NCBI GenBank assembly: GCA_964188305.1
Contig: OZ076890.1
DNA from: Podarcis bocagei
Taxonomy: Eukaryota
Length of the DNA stretch: 64,000 nt
Direction: 5' to 3' (one strand)
Shown here: piece by piece, positions 14,079 through 26,759 of the stretch
How positions within the stretch are numbered: position 1 is the stretch's first letter
Layout: each line of letters opens with the position of its first letter
Notes under the pieces: model-generated
Seen by the model: only the letters and a program-made list of their open reading frames with translations
The model's database searches: none
What the model was told of the DNA's origin: nothing
Translations under genes and position numbers: made by a program

Positions 14079-15124
14079 GAGACTGGTCCCTGGCATATCT
14101 AGTATATTAAGTTGGAACATGGTGTTGTGAAACCTCCGCTGGAAGCTGCAGGAAAAGATGTCAGATGTTGTATTGGCTCTGCACATGTTCCTTTTAACCC
14201 GCCCCCTCCTCCTTTTGGTATGTAAAGCAGATGTACAGCCGGTTACGCTATTTTGTCTCTGTCACCTCTGGAGAACTATTGAAGCTTATCAGCTGTATTT
14301 ATGTTGTTGTTGGCTGAAGAATGCACTGGCTTCCCTGTCATAGCATTCCTTTGTAAAGCAATCATGTCAGCTTTTAAATTAGAATAAAGCCTCCACTACA
14401 AGCACTGTTTTTTTTATTTTATAATGTATCTGTTTATCAAATGTAAATACATGCGCTCGCTCTCAAAAGTGCTGCATAATGCTTCCTAGAATTTCTATCA
14501 TAAAATATGCAAGCATTCCGTTCTGCAGACAACTCCTTAAATAACATCACTTCCTGAAGGAATAACATAAATAACCAATATTCTAGTGCTAGGACTTCCT
14601 TGTTTGATAAAAAAGACAGTTACAATTTGTGATTTACTGTAATGATGCACGAGACTTTCCTTTACACCTATAAACATTGCCCTCTCCAGATACATTCCTA
14701 TAGAAAATGCACTGGGATTTAATAGATACGAGGGATAAATCTCACAACTGTCAGTGGAAATCAACCTCACCTTTTAAAAATGAGAACAACATCCACTCTA
14801 CTGCTAGGACAGATACAATGAGTTATGGAGACGATTAAATCTGTTGCGCAGTGCCAATGTATCGCGTAGTTGCAAAAAGTAATTCATTCATTTATTTCGC
14901 TATTTAACAAAAGTTGGACAATTGGGTGGATAGAACACACAGAAACAGTCATTTCTTCCAAGACATGGTGATGCAAAACTTTCACAGTGAAAGATGAACT
15001 GTATCAAAATGCAGCTCTCCTCCAAAAAAAAATACAAAACGAAACCTTGTGACCGATCAAGCCAAACATAGCTTTCCATGTATCAACAGGAGGCTCGGTA
15101 AACAAAGCCAACCCTATTGTTAGG

Positions 15125-15466
15125 TAAACGGCCTCGGTCCAGTATACCTGAAGGAGCGCCTCCACCTCCATCGTTCTACCCGGACACTGAGGTCCAGCAC
15201 CGAGGGCCTTCTGGCGGTTCCCTCACTGCGAGAAGCAAAGTTACAGGGAACCAGGCAGAGGGCCTTCTCGGTAGTGGGGCCCGCCCTGTGGAACGCCCTC
15301 CCACCAGATGTCAAAGAGAACAACAGCTATCAGACTTTTAGAAGACATCTGAAGGCAGCCCTGTTTAGGGAAGCTTTTAATGTTTGATGTATCACAGTAT
15401 TTTAATATTCCTTTGGAAGCTGCCCAGAGTGGCTGGAGAAACCCAGCCAGATGGGCGGGGTATAAA

Positions 15467-15516
<50 letters not shown>
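15125..15516 (+). mobile_element. L2-like LINE 3' fragment with (ATT)n tail
   Basis: Highly similar to 9962-10315. The tail has expanded into an (ATT)n microsatellite at 15467-15516. Confidence 0.87.
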
Positions 15517-15517
<1 letters not shown>

Positions 15518-16109
15518 AATGAGGCACTGGGCTCAGGCTGCTCATTGCTCAGAGCTGCCACTGTTGCCTCCTGCATCGACTAAGTCATGAAGCCATTTCC
15601 TTGCCCTGGAGAGTCCTGGTTACTTTGCTAAAGTTGTTCCAACCCCATTCCAATATAATGGGACCCAGAGGTGTGTGTGGCTTGTTGGATCAATGTCTTC
15701 GCTTGCTGAGCCATGAATAGCACATGCTGTGCCTCTGAACCCTATTTTGCCTAAGCACTGCACTGATTTGGACATGAAATACTTGGGCAGAAACTGTACT
15801 CCAAGTCAAAGTTCTTGCTACATATAGCAGATAAGGAAATAAACAAATATGTTACTCGATTTTGTCGCGTAAAGATATGGTTATAATGGTGCATGTACAT
15901 ATATGCATACGTACGTACACCCCTTTTTATCTAAGGAGCACAAGGACTTGTACATGGTTCTCTGTGGGTCCAGGTAAGCTTTAAGGCTGCCCTCCTAGGC
16001 CTGCCGAATCTTAGTGTGACACCCTAACCACTTCACTCCACTACCTCTATATAGTTGGGTGGCTGGATGTCTTTTAAAAAACAACACTGCAACCCCCAAT
16101 GTGGTGGCC

Positions 16110-16290
16110 ATATGGGACTTTCTTATACTGAGTCAGGCCATTGAATCATCCAGCTCACCATATACCAACTGGAAATGACTCTTCAGGGTTTCAGACTAGC
16201 GGCCATCCCCAGATCTACCTGGAGGTGTTGTGAACTGAACCGGGGACCTTCTGCATGCAAAGCAGGTAATCTGTAATGGAGCAACCACCC
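16110..16290 (-). mobile_element. Degraded tRNA-headed SINE
   Basis: Reverse complement gives tgctttgcatgcagaaggtccccggttca, a tRNA-Ala-like head. Confidence 0.55.
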
Positions 16291-17379
16291 TTCCCTTAAA
16301 AACACATGCAGGTCTCGCTATCCAAACTCTCAGGATGCAAAACTCACTTATCCCAACACAAGGGATTAGTACACAAACCTCATCATACACACTGCAGATT
16401 CACATATCCAAACAACCAGACCTGGATGTAGTAAACAGTAAAAATAAATTAGAAGCCTTACTTTTTGTGTTTTTGCTGGCCACAGAGGCTGTTTCACAAG
16501 AAAACATGGTAGGAGGAAGGGGGTAGGAAAGGGGATAGATTGGACAATTAAGACAGCTTTTTGCTGGTTGGAATGAAGTTATTAGAAATCTCATGGGAAT
16601 CATGGAAATCATCAGCTTGTTATGTGAATGCTCAGCTTAGAAACAATTCCTGGGAACACATTGTGCTTGGATGCTGGGACCCACATGCAGTCAACTTTTA
16701 CAAGGCTGGAGATATCAAGTTTACAGATGATAGGAGATGCACAGACACCTTGGGAAAGGCACAGTTTTAATATAATAGTTATAGGGAAATGGTATGTTTG
16801 TGTTGTTGTTTTTTATTTAAGCTGTGCCATATTAGAATGGGTATGGTATATTTTTTTTTGGGGGGGGTGTCAAGGATTCTGTTTGTATCCATTGGGGGCT
16901 TTATAATATTACATCTAATAATAAATACATAAATGAAATATTTGATTAGTTTCTAATTTTCATGTCTCTTGTCAAGTAAGCCAAGTTGATGTCACAACTG
17001 ACCCCAAACTGAAAGAAATAACAGCAAAGACATTTTTTTTTAAAAAAAACACCACGGCAGTGAATCCTCTCTGGGGAACAACAGTGAGAAACTACCAACA
17101 TTTATAGAATGGTCATTGTACATTGTACATCCTACGTCAAGATCTAAATGATAGTGATTTGTGCTGCCCTGCAAGTAACACTTAACCCGCAAACATTCAA
17201 CCACTCAGCCAGCTCTCACAATAAAACTTTCTTTTTTCCAAGTAAAGTTATAAACAGAATGACAAAGAACATTGTTTGCAAAGAGTCCTTTAATATACAG
17301 AGAAAATGAGGGGAGAAAGGAAATTATGGAAGCATTGTATAATCTTGGCCTGCCAATCCCAAGAAGCTAAGATGGAAAA

Positions 17380-17380
<1 letters not shown>

Positions 17381-17421
<41 letters not shown>
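17381..17421. repeat. (TG)n microsatellite
   Basis: About 20 pure TG units. Confidence 0.97.
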
Positions 17422-17423
<2 letters not shown>

Positions 17424-17424
17424 A

Positions 17425-17640
17425 CCAAGGGACATAATGCAATCCCCACAATGGTAGCATGAGACAATGGCTTCTCAATCTCTGATTTTTGTCTTCTGGG
17501 TTTCTGAGGTTTTTTCCTGTTGTTACTGTGTCCCTCACAGCTACAATAAACCTACCATTGAAATTATGAACTGGTCATTTCTTCATCAGAGGGCAAATGG
17601 GCAAATTTAGCAGGGGATCAAATACTTTCCCCCCTCACTG
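17425..17640. mobile_element. Tc1-like transposon terminal fragment
   Basis: Ends ggggatcaaatactttcccccctcactg|TA, a Tc1-type CAGTG TIR at a TA site. Left boundary uncertain. Confidence 0.7.
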
Positions 17641-17789
17641 TATTCTGGCTGCTTGAGAGGTTTGCTGTAGATTGCATTACTACACATTCGGGTGGAGGAT
17701 TGCCTCCAAACCACTATCTTCTCTGGGCCACAAAATAAAGTTAAGTGAACAATTCTTTAAGTGAAAAACATGGTAGAAAAATAGGTCTC

Positions 17790-18385
17790 AAAGATACTGG
17801 TGTACAGTGGCTGTTGATGCCATTACCATATCAATAGGCTATTTGTTCCCTCTTGCATCAGATATTGATTGGAACAGGTAAAAAACAAAGAACTATACCT
17901 ACAAGTGCTATTAGCAAAGCCATATGATGAGACAAATGCGATGTTCTGATAGGATTCTATACCTTCACAGGGTGTGAGAGTATTTCAATATTCAATGGAA
18001 AAGAAAAACAACATTCACATCAGATTCACATCAATTTCAGCCCCAAGTTCAATTTGCAGTGGCACCTTATCTTTCCTGTAGAGGCTGATAATCTATCTGT
18101 ACAGTCGCACAAATGACCTTGGCATTGTAGATTAAGCAAGACAAGAATTGGCTATATTCACTTCACATTCTACTATCCACAAATGCAGCATGAAAGCAAC
18201 ATACAGTGTCAGCTGCCTACCATCTGGGAGCTTGGCGGTCCATGCAGTTTGTGCGATCTCTCCCAATTAAATGGGGACGGCATGGGGACGGCATGGGGAT
18301 GATCAGACATGGCAGTCAAAGTTCTCATCATCTTCAGAAATACGGGCTGCTTTATACAAGTTGTTGAAATGTGCTTATGAAAAAG
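17790..18385 (+). pseudogene. Decayed XPG/FEN1-like nuclease plus Cys-finger coding fossil, probably an Academ (AcademX) DNA transposon
   Basis: Manual translation across stops and frameshifts gives KDTGV...IGTGKKQRTIPTSAISKAI**DKCDVLIGFYTFTGCESISIFNGKEK...LIIYLYSRTNDLGIVD*ARQEL...LLSTNAA*KQHTVSAAYHLGAW...WGRHGDDQTWQSKFSSSSEIRAALYKLLKCAYEK. This is colinear with the family pattern DTDV...GTG..R.I.I..I...LG...C..L.GFHAFTGCDTTS.F.GKGK...LY.......VNEAR.ELF...LPPT..ALKQH..RA.YQ...W...WGW...LIKCGCK. Confidence 0.75.
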
Positions 18386-18493
18386 AGACTCCATGACAGA
18401 AACCCACAGTTGTGCCATGATCCACAACCTGGGAACCTTGCAGTGCACAGCTGAGGACTCGGATGAGGTTCAGGCAATTTCCTTGGGTGATGG

Positions 18494-19002
18494 TGTGATG
18501 TTAACATATGAGTGCTGGAGGTGAAATAGTTAAACAGATTACCCAATCAGAACCCAGGGGGTGGAGTCAGAGGGACTATAAAACCAGCTCTGGGAGGGGC
18601 GAAGGGAGGAGTTTGTTGGGAGTTGGGTGGTTGGTTGGAGTGGGATTGAATTGGGATAGAGTCTGTGGGGAGGTTGAGTTAGTGTAGAGAAATAAGCTGA
18701 GTCAGGAACAGTTAGGGCTAGGAAGACAAGTAAATATCTGAGAGGTGGTTTAGTGAGTGAGAGCAGGTAGCGGAAGTTATAGGTCTGGATAGGCACCCCA
18801 TGATTGTAATTGACCGATACCGTTTATGAAACCACACACTTGGTAAGCTGCAATAAATAAACAGAAGTTTATGTTCCAATTTAACCCTGACTGGACTCAG
18901 TATTGTACCAAGTAAGGCCTTGGTGGTGGCAGCGAGAAATCAAATGGTGGCACAGGGATCAATAGATGGTGAAACATCTGGGGACCCTGTGTGATTGCCA
19001 CA
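18494..19002 (+). mobile_element. Solo LTR (509 bp, LTR retrotransposon or ERV)
   Basis: TGTG...CACA termini. Perfect 5-bp TSD GATGG (18489-18493 and 19003-19007). TATA-like ctataaaa near 18577 and AATAAA near 18852. Confidence 0.85.
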
Positions 19003-20417
19003 GATGGTGGGGAACAACATACAGACCTCCTCAGCACAGGACACAGCCCTACCACTAGCCTGCATTACATCTCTCCACAGCATTGCAGAGGTCAAGCTAA
19101 GATGACTCATTGAACCAGCCAGGCAGCTCCTCCAGGGAAATGGATCCTTCCACACTTAAGGCCTGGTCAACCAACATAAGGATTCAGGTAGACTCTAGCA
19201 CCTTGAAGAGACAGCATCTTTTGCAGCTGCTTTGGCAAGGTTCCTTGGAGCTGTCCAAGGTCCTGTCTACTCTCAGCTTAACTTGGACTGTGACAAAGCA
19301 TTGTCTGTTTCCTCTGTGCCCACAGAACTGAGCAGCTTGCAACTGCTCGTGGTTACCTCGGACCACAATGCATCAGCAACCATTGCATTGGATGCAACAA
19401 ACCTGTATTCACAAGAAATATTTTTGAAAACACAATTCTACTGATTTGGTCGTGTGTGTGTGTGTGTGTGCGCGCGTGTACACAACTACTGTACTTTTTG
19501 TTCTATTGTACGAGGTTGAATTCTGAATACGATTTTAATGAAGAGCTCCTCTACCACAAACATGATTTATTTGTATGGGTTTTTTGCTTCCATTATTTTT
19601 GCAAGTTGATGCTAACTCTATATTGTGCAGCTTGTTTGTTTATATCATTGCTAAGTGTAAAAACAATTCATGAATATAAATAAACCTGCTTCTGTTTTAT
19701 TAAGAATATTCTTTCAATTTTAAGTTTCTTTGACTCCAGTCAAAGAAAGTGTCCCCACACATGGTAAAGTTTAGCAACAAAAAAAGGCCACCATGTTTAC
19801 ATGGCTGACATATGAGAATTATGTATTTCCCAAGGCAATTCAACCTCTGAAATGGAATGGAATAGTATCTATAGTATCTACCAACCAGAAAGAGGCAGCC
19901 TTTTGCCATTTTTTAATTCCTAATCTTAGCAACTACCACAGCTAAAACATCCTTAATTTTTTGCCATTGTGTATTATGAAAACTTAATCAGTTTACAACA
20001 AATAAATTGAGCACAGCAAAACACCTCTAGAATGTTTTTATTTTGGTGACTTGCCTCCACTACTCACACCTGCAAACAGGCTTACATTTGGCAGAGCATA
20101 TCGTACTGCAAAACTAAATCATTTGTTCAAAAGTGTGTGCATCTATTTCAAAGCCCCGTTTCCACACCTAGGTGTTAAAAATAAAAGTTTTCCAAAATAA
20201 CTCACCTAGAACTACATATGATATTGAACATGGTCAGAGGAAAAGAATGGTGGGATTTCCTGGCGAGACTGGGAAAGACTCCTGTTTGAAATCCTGGGTG
20301 GCCACTGCTAGTCAGAGAACAGTCTTTCCCAAGCTAGTGTCCTTCAAATGCTCTAGTCAGCATGATCAATGGTCAGGAATGATTGGAGTTATTGTCCAAC
20401 AACATGTCGAGGGTACA

Positions 20418-21020
20418 CTGTGATGCAGCAGCAAAAAACAACCCCATATGCTCTTCTAGACTGCATCAACAGAAGTATACTGCCCAGATCAAGGAATGTA
20501 ATAGTACCACTCTATTCTGTCTTGGTCAGACCATACCTGGAATACTGTGTCCAGTTCTGGGTGCCACAATTTAAGAAGGATATTGACAAGCTGGAATGGG
20601 TGCAGAGGAGGACAACCAAGATGATTGAGGATCTGGAAACCAAGACTAACGAGGAATGGTCGAGGGAACTGGGTATGTTTAGCCTAGGAAAGAGTAGACT
20701 GAGATGAGAAATGATTGCTATCTTCAAATATCTAAAGGGCTGTCACATGGAGGATGGAGCAAGCTTGTTTTCTCCTGCTCCGAAGGGTAGGACCCAAACC
20801 AATGGCTTCAAGTTACAAAGAAAGGAGATTGTGGACAAACATCAGGAAGAACTTTCTGATGGTAAGAACAGTGGAGCAAATTCCCTTGAAAGGTAATGGG
20901 CTCTCCTTCCTTGGGAGTTTTTAAGCAGAGGTTGGATTGCCATCTGTCATGGATACTGTAGCTGAAATTCCTGCCTTGCAAGGGGTTGGACTAGATGACT
21001 CTACAATTCTATGATTCTAC
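20418..21020 (+). mobile_element. CR1 LINE 3' fragment (degraded)
   Basis: [33 protein letters not shown]...LGMFSL, followed by a ttctatgattcta tail. Confidence 0.93.
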
Positions 21021-23943
21021 GGTACCAAGTTTGGCAAGGAGGTAAACATATAAATGGTCTAATTTGTATATTGGTCCTGCCCTGTCCATTCCCAAGTCTA
21101 TTGTTTGATCTGAATGATGCCCAGTCTCGCCTGCCTATTCCCTGCCAGTCTAGCTGGGATTTATCTGAATATCAGACTGCCAAAATTTGCCTCCTTTCTT
21201 CTGTTCAGGCCATGCCAACCACATCTCAGCTTGCCTCCTGCTGGACTTACAAAAAGCTGGGCTTTTCAAACCACTCTTATTATGCATTTTATTTTCTTTG
21301 CAAAAAAAAAAGTGTTTTCCAAACCTTGCTTAATACAACATCTGGTGGTTCAGAGCACGTGATAAATAGTGAAAATCAACACAAAGAAAGCTACAGAAGG
21401 TCCCCTCCCGTCCACTTCGTTGGCCTTTGTATGTTATCAGTGGTTATGGCAGAAGAAAGGCAAGTTGTTTTGTAGCTGCAATTTAATCATTGCTAGGGAA
21501 AAAAATTGAAGATCACTGTTTTACAAGAGCATCCCTTTAAAAAATGCACATAGTGGTACATTATTTGTCACTTCAGATTAGCTAGTCCAGAAAGTGAAGG
21601 CCACAGGCTGTCACAGTTCATTACGACATGATGCTTGGTCAGTAGGCAGATTGCAAATTAGCATTTCCATTTTCTTTTGTATGCTTTTTGGTGTAGTAAT
21701 TTCAATAAAAATCTCTTTAATCATCAAAGATATGGAATAATGAAGGCTGATCTCTTATTTAAAGAGGAACTTTTACGACATCTTGTTAACAGCCGCCAGC
21801 TGCTAAAGACGGAATCATTACTTCAGAGACTCTCCCATTTTCAACCATTACAAACAGGAGAGGAGAGTCTGTCAGGTCACGTCACAACCTGATGCAAACA
21901 AACCAATAAGAAATATGGATTGTTTTATTTCGCTGGCTAATCGTTCTGATTAAATACAACAGCATTTCGAATTTACCTTGAAATGATGTGGACATTTTGA
22001 TTCCCCTCCCCCGCCCACTTCAGACTAACAGCAGCCAAGAATCACCTTAACTGAAAACGACACTTTCTTGTAATATCGTTCTCTGCAATGTTCATGACAA
22101 GAGCCTTTCAGCGTGGCTTATAATTAACAATGCCTTTGATGGCAAAATTGGGCCTCTGCTGCTAATCAAAGAACCCAAGACACCCCTCAGCATGCATAAT
22201 TCTGCCCCTCTTTGTTTCAGGAAAATCTTGACAGCAGCATAATAGTTCCCCCATTCCTTTCTTCTGTGACAGTTAACTAGGAAAAGGTTATTCTGCATGA
22301 CTCCCCTAAAGACTTTGGCATTAATTAGAGGAAGACCACACACATTCATTATCAAATGTTGCCCCTGATTTGTGCCCTTAATAGTTTCACACATTTGGAC
22401 AAAACTAGTTGCTTTTCCTCCTGAACTGGTCTCACTCGTCATAATTGGTCGTGCACACACACCCACACCCCGGCCTGACTCTGGGTCCAGCTCCCTCTTT
22501 CTATAGAAAATGTCATTTTAACCCAGTGTGACTTCTTGGGAGCGCATGTTCTGAGGATTCTGAGCATTCAATGCCGCAAGAAGGAAAGAAGGTTGAAAGA
22601 ACGATCAAGAGTAAGCAAATGTTCATTTTTATGCTCCTCTTACAAAGCAAACAGGCGATCAAGAAAGAAAATGCTAAAAATGTGATTGAGAAATATACGG
22701 TTCATATGTTGTGACAACCCACTCATAAAAAATAATGAATGCTGTTACAGACGTTTCCCATTTAATCTGTTTTAGTGGAAGAGTTGCCCCCTTTTAACAA
22801 GGCAAATTGCAGACATCCTGAATAATCTCCATATCAGCGATAGGAGAGGGGAAAAGATTTGAGGAATGAACGCACGGCTTTTTTCTTGCCAAAAGCCTAC
22901 TGATCAGGGGGCAAATAGTTTCTACAGAACACAGAGTGCTGCCAACAACAAAAAAATCCTGTGTCTAGTTCTCTCTTGCGCATGCAACGTTGAGTAAATC
23001 TTGACCTGGTCATCGAGAGACCTTCCTCACCCCTACCAGTGGCAGCTGTGATGTGGGGTGGAGTGTGACAGATAACAGCACCATAGCATGACACTTTGAG
23101 GTTCGTCACCCCATTCCATATCATAGCTACCACTGGTGGGGAGTGAGGAAGCCCTCAACATGATGATGTTATTTCAGGCAACAAATTTCAGAAAATTTGT
23201 GGGTGGGGTGAGGGTGGGACAACTAGACATGGGGATGCTATTTTCAGTGGCACTCGTGCCTTGAGTAATATAGAGTCCCACCCTCAGATCATGGCATTTT
23301 CAGCAAAAGCCGCTGCTCAGAACACATTTTCCCCCAGCTCTGCTACATGGAAAGGTTGACAGAAGGCCCAAGGGAAGCATGTAAGGTCTGCAGGCTTAAG
23401 AGAAGGGATACAGACCTCAGGAAGCGTGAGGACTGCTTTGCACATTAACAGTTAATGACAAGAGAGTCTCTCTGTGCAGGAAAATTATTATGTGGAAATA
23501 TGGCCTGAAGGGACCATAGAAACTGGAACTCATCCCAGCCTGTATGAGCCTTTCCCACATAAACTCTTATTTAGCCAAAAAAGTAAGAGCAATTGTTTTT
23601 GAAATCTCATATTTCACTGATAACACTGTCTTCATAGGCCCCGAGAAATCAGTTTCCCAGGGCCCTACCCAAAAGACACGTCTATTCATTTAAACAGCTA
23701 CATAAGCACATGCTCACACAACTGATAATACACTAGATGGGCTTTTTTTAGTATTTGGATGTAAATCGGATTAACGTTAAACTAAAAGTAGCATTTTAGA
23801 TTTGGATTGCTGTATTGTTTTCAAAGGGCACAGCTGGATGTGCGATGAAAATTACGTAAGGTAGGTAGCTCAGCATCCTAAGTGAACCTATTCACAACTG
23901 TGTTAAGATGAAATTCAAAATGTGTTTGTGACTTGGTCTAGGA

Positions 23944-24188
23944 CAGGGGTCAGCAACCTTCTTCAGCAGGGTCCATTGTCCCTCAGACCATGTGGGGGGG
24001 GCAGACTATTTTTTTTTGGGGGGGGAGAACGAATTCCTATGCCCCACAAATAACCCAGAGATGCATTTTAAATAAAAGGACACATTCTACTCATGTAAAA
24101 ACACACTGATTCCCAGACCGTCCACGGGCCGAATTGAGAAGGCGATTGGGCCGGATCCAGTTGCCGGGCCTTAGTTTGCCTACCCATG
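23944..24188 (+). mobile_element. hAT (Charlie-like) MITE
   Basis: CAGGGGTCAGCAA...TTGCCTACCCATG with 8-bp TSD gtctagga/gtctaggg. Confidence 0.87.
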
Positions 24189-26759
24189 GTCTAGGGAGCC
24201 AGGAAGGCGGCTACACGATTTAGGGTAGTCACAACCACTTAGCCTACCCTACCTTACTGGGTTGTTGCATGGAGATCTATGTAGGTCACCATCACATTTT
24301 TATCTAAAAGTGGGGGTGGGGTGGGAATTACTGCATACGTATCCTAATTCACACAGGTAAGCTCAACTGTGATCTTTTAACAGACCGGACAGGCTGCTAG
24401 CGACAGGAGACTGCTCAAGTTGGAATCTAGACAGGAAGGCAAGGATAGTGACATTGTTGGCTGTCGTGCAGCAGGGAATCAGGCAGGAAAAAAATATGGA
24501 AGAGCAGACGGGAAGTCCGGTAATTTCTCTCAGCTCAGCAATCCTGGGGAGCTGCAGGCAATGACATTGGATTGGCTCCCTGGCTCCCTCATGTTTGTAC
24601 TGATTTGACCTGTATGAAGTTTGCTCATCCAACCAGCAATGTGAGTAGCATAGGCAGAGGGAGTTCAAAGAGAGTGTGAGAAGAGAAGACAAGCAAATTT
24701 TCACATTGCTGGAAGCCCTGATTTTTGACTCCTCCTGAAAGAAGGAAGAGGAATAGTGGTGTCCAGGAAGTTTTTGAGTTAACTGATTTCAAACTAATTC
24801 CAATTAAACATCCAGCGTGTTGTTTCCCAAAAATGAACAGAACACTGCAAAGTGAGCAGAAACTATGCAATGTTTTCAAGGCACTCAGAACTAAGGATGA
24901 ATTTATTTTGGAAGCACATTAAAGCGGGATACTTGGACGCTTGTTCTATTCAACTTTCGGTATGAATCAAATTCTTTTCCTGTTCAAAATTTATCGTAAA
25001 TGCGTAAAATAGTATCGTAAAATACGATACTAAAAAAGAAAAAAAGAAAAACCAAGCCACTGCAAAAGAAGTGTTTGGGCAATGAACATCTTAAAAATAC
25101 AAAGATGTTTACTGACTTTTTTTATTATAAAAAAGGCCTTCTAACACAGCTATTCCTTAATTTATTGCTCTTCTCATGTAAAGTGGGCCACTCACCAGCA
25201 CAAGAGAAATTCTATTGATAAAGAGGGGCTGCAGTTTAAGGAGATGTCAACATGAATAGTACATTAGTTTGCCCCTCTGAGTATCTTGCATGATCTTCAA
25301 AGAGTGCTTTGTTGTAATTAAGGGATCCTCTGGGAGGGGGGGGGGCTCCCAGATGAATGCTGAGCAGAAGACACCTTCTCTTCAAGCTCCACAAGGGAGG
25401 AAGCCTTGCATTATGATTTAGCTGAATGTCACCCTTCACCTCCTGCCATAAAAGAGTCTGAGTTCTGCTTCTTACAGTGGTACCATTTGATCTAATCTAC
25501 AAATCTGCTTTGAATATAATAACCTGCTTTAATGTTCTCTGCGCTCTCAGTTCACAGCCTATCCTGAGACTGATGACTCAGCAGAGGAAAACAGCTGGAT
25601 ATACAAACCATTTGTTTTCGGAAGGGGGGGGTGGGAATCAGTGCTTTGAAGATAACATTTACAGTTGTTCTCTTCAGTGAGGCAGGTAAAATGAAGGCAA
25701 GTGACAATGTTAGCTGTTCACAAGGAGCTGGGAGCGCCTCCATAGGAAGGAGCACATTAAATGCAGAGTATGCGCTCCTGGCAGACAAAAAGGACAGAAA
25801 CAACTCATGTAATGAGCCTCCTTCAAAGCAGTTAAGAGCAGCCCTGCTGGATCAAACCAGAGCTTCCCTGTGTCCGGAGGACAGCTTTCAAGAGAGGTTA
25901 GGCAGATGCATGAAGACAACAGCCCTCCCATATTTGCTCCTGGAAACTGGGATTTATTGTTCCTTCAAATATGTAGGCTCCCTTTATAATGACATGGATA
26001 GTAAGTAAAGGGTGTATATCAAAGACTACAGATTTATTAAATCCCTTTAAAAGGCTCATCTGTCCTACTGATTCTCGTGGGCAGTGAATTCCAAAATTAG
26101 GTTGTTAATGGTTCTGATCTTGTGTCTACACATAAGTGACAGTTTTGGGGGATTTTATCTGTGTGCCACAGAGGTTGTTGCAATGGGTACCATTACTTTA
26201 GAAATACCAATATTGTCTTCCTTACTTGGGAGAACTAACGGCAATATACAACATGTTCATTTACACACAGCGTTAAGGTTGTGGTGATGTTGACAGTAAA
26301 AAAACAAAAACAAAACACCTGGAAATATCCCTGTTCGAAATTCACCTTTGCAGCTGGTGTAGGGCTGGCCCCAAACATTTTGGCACCTGAGGTGAACCAC
26401 AAAATGGCATCCCAAGGACGAAGGGGTGTGTGAAGATCTAGGTGAGGAACAAGGGAATAAAGAAATACGCTGGGATCTACTGCCCCTGTGGGTCCTGTCA
26501 CCTGAGGCGATTGCCTCGCCTTGCCTCATCAGTGGGCCGCCCCTGAGCTGTAGTTCTTCTTCTATTTTTATTCTGATATTATTCTGATATTTTTATCGTG
26601 CTAGCAGAAGAACTCAGGAGCAGCGGTGGTTTCACCAGCGATATATTGCTGAGTGAAACCAACATCTTGGTCTGCCCTCATACGGCACAGGGGGAGAAAT
26701 AAGTTGCACTGGTCCTCCCTCTGCATCTTTAAACTGCTCAGCTGAAAAGTCTGCAGCTG

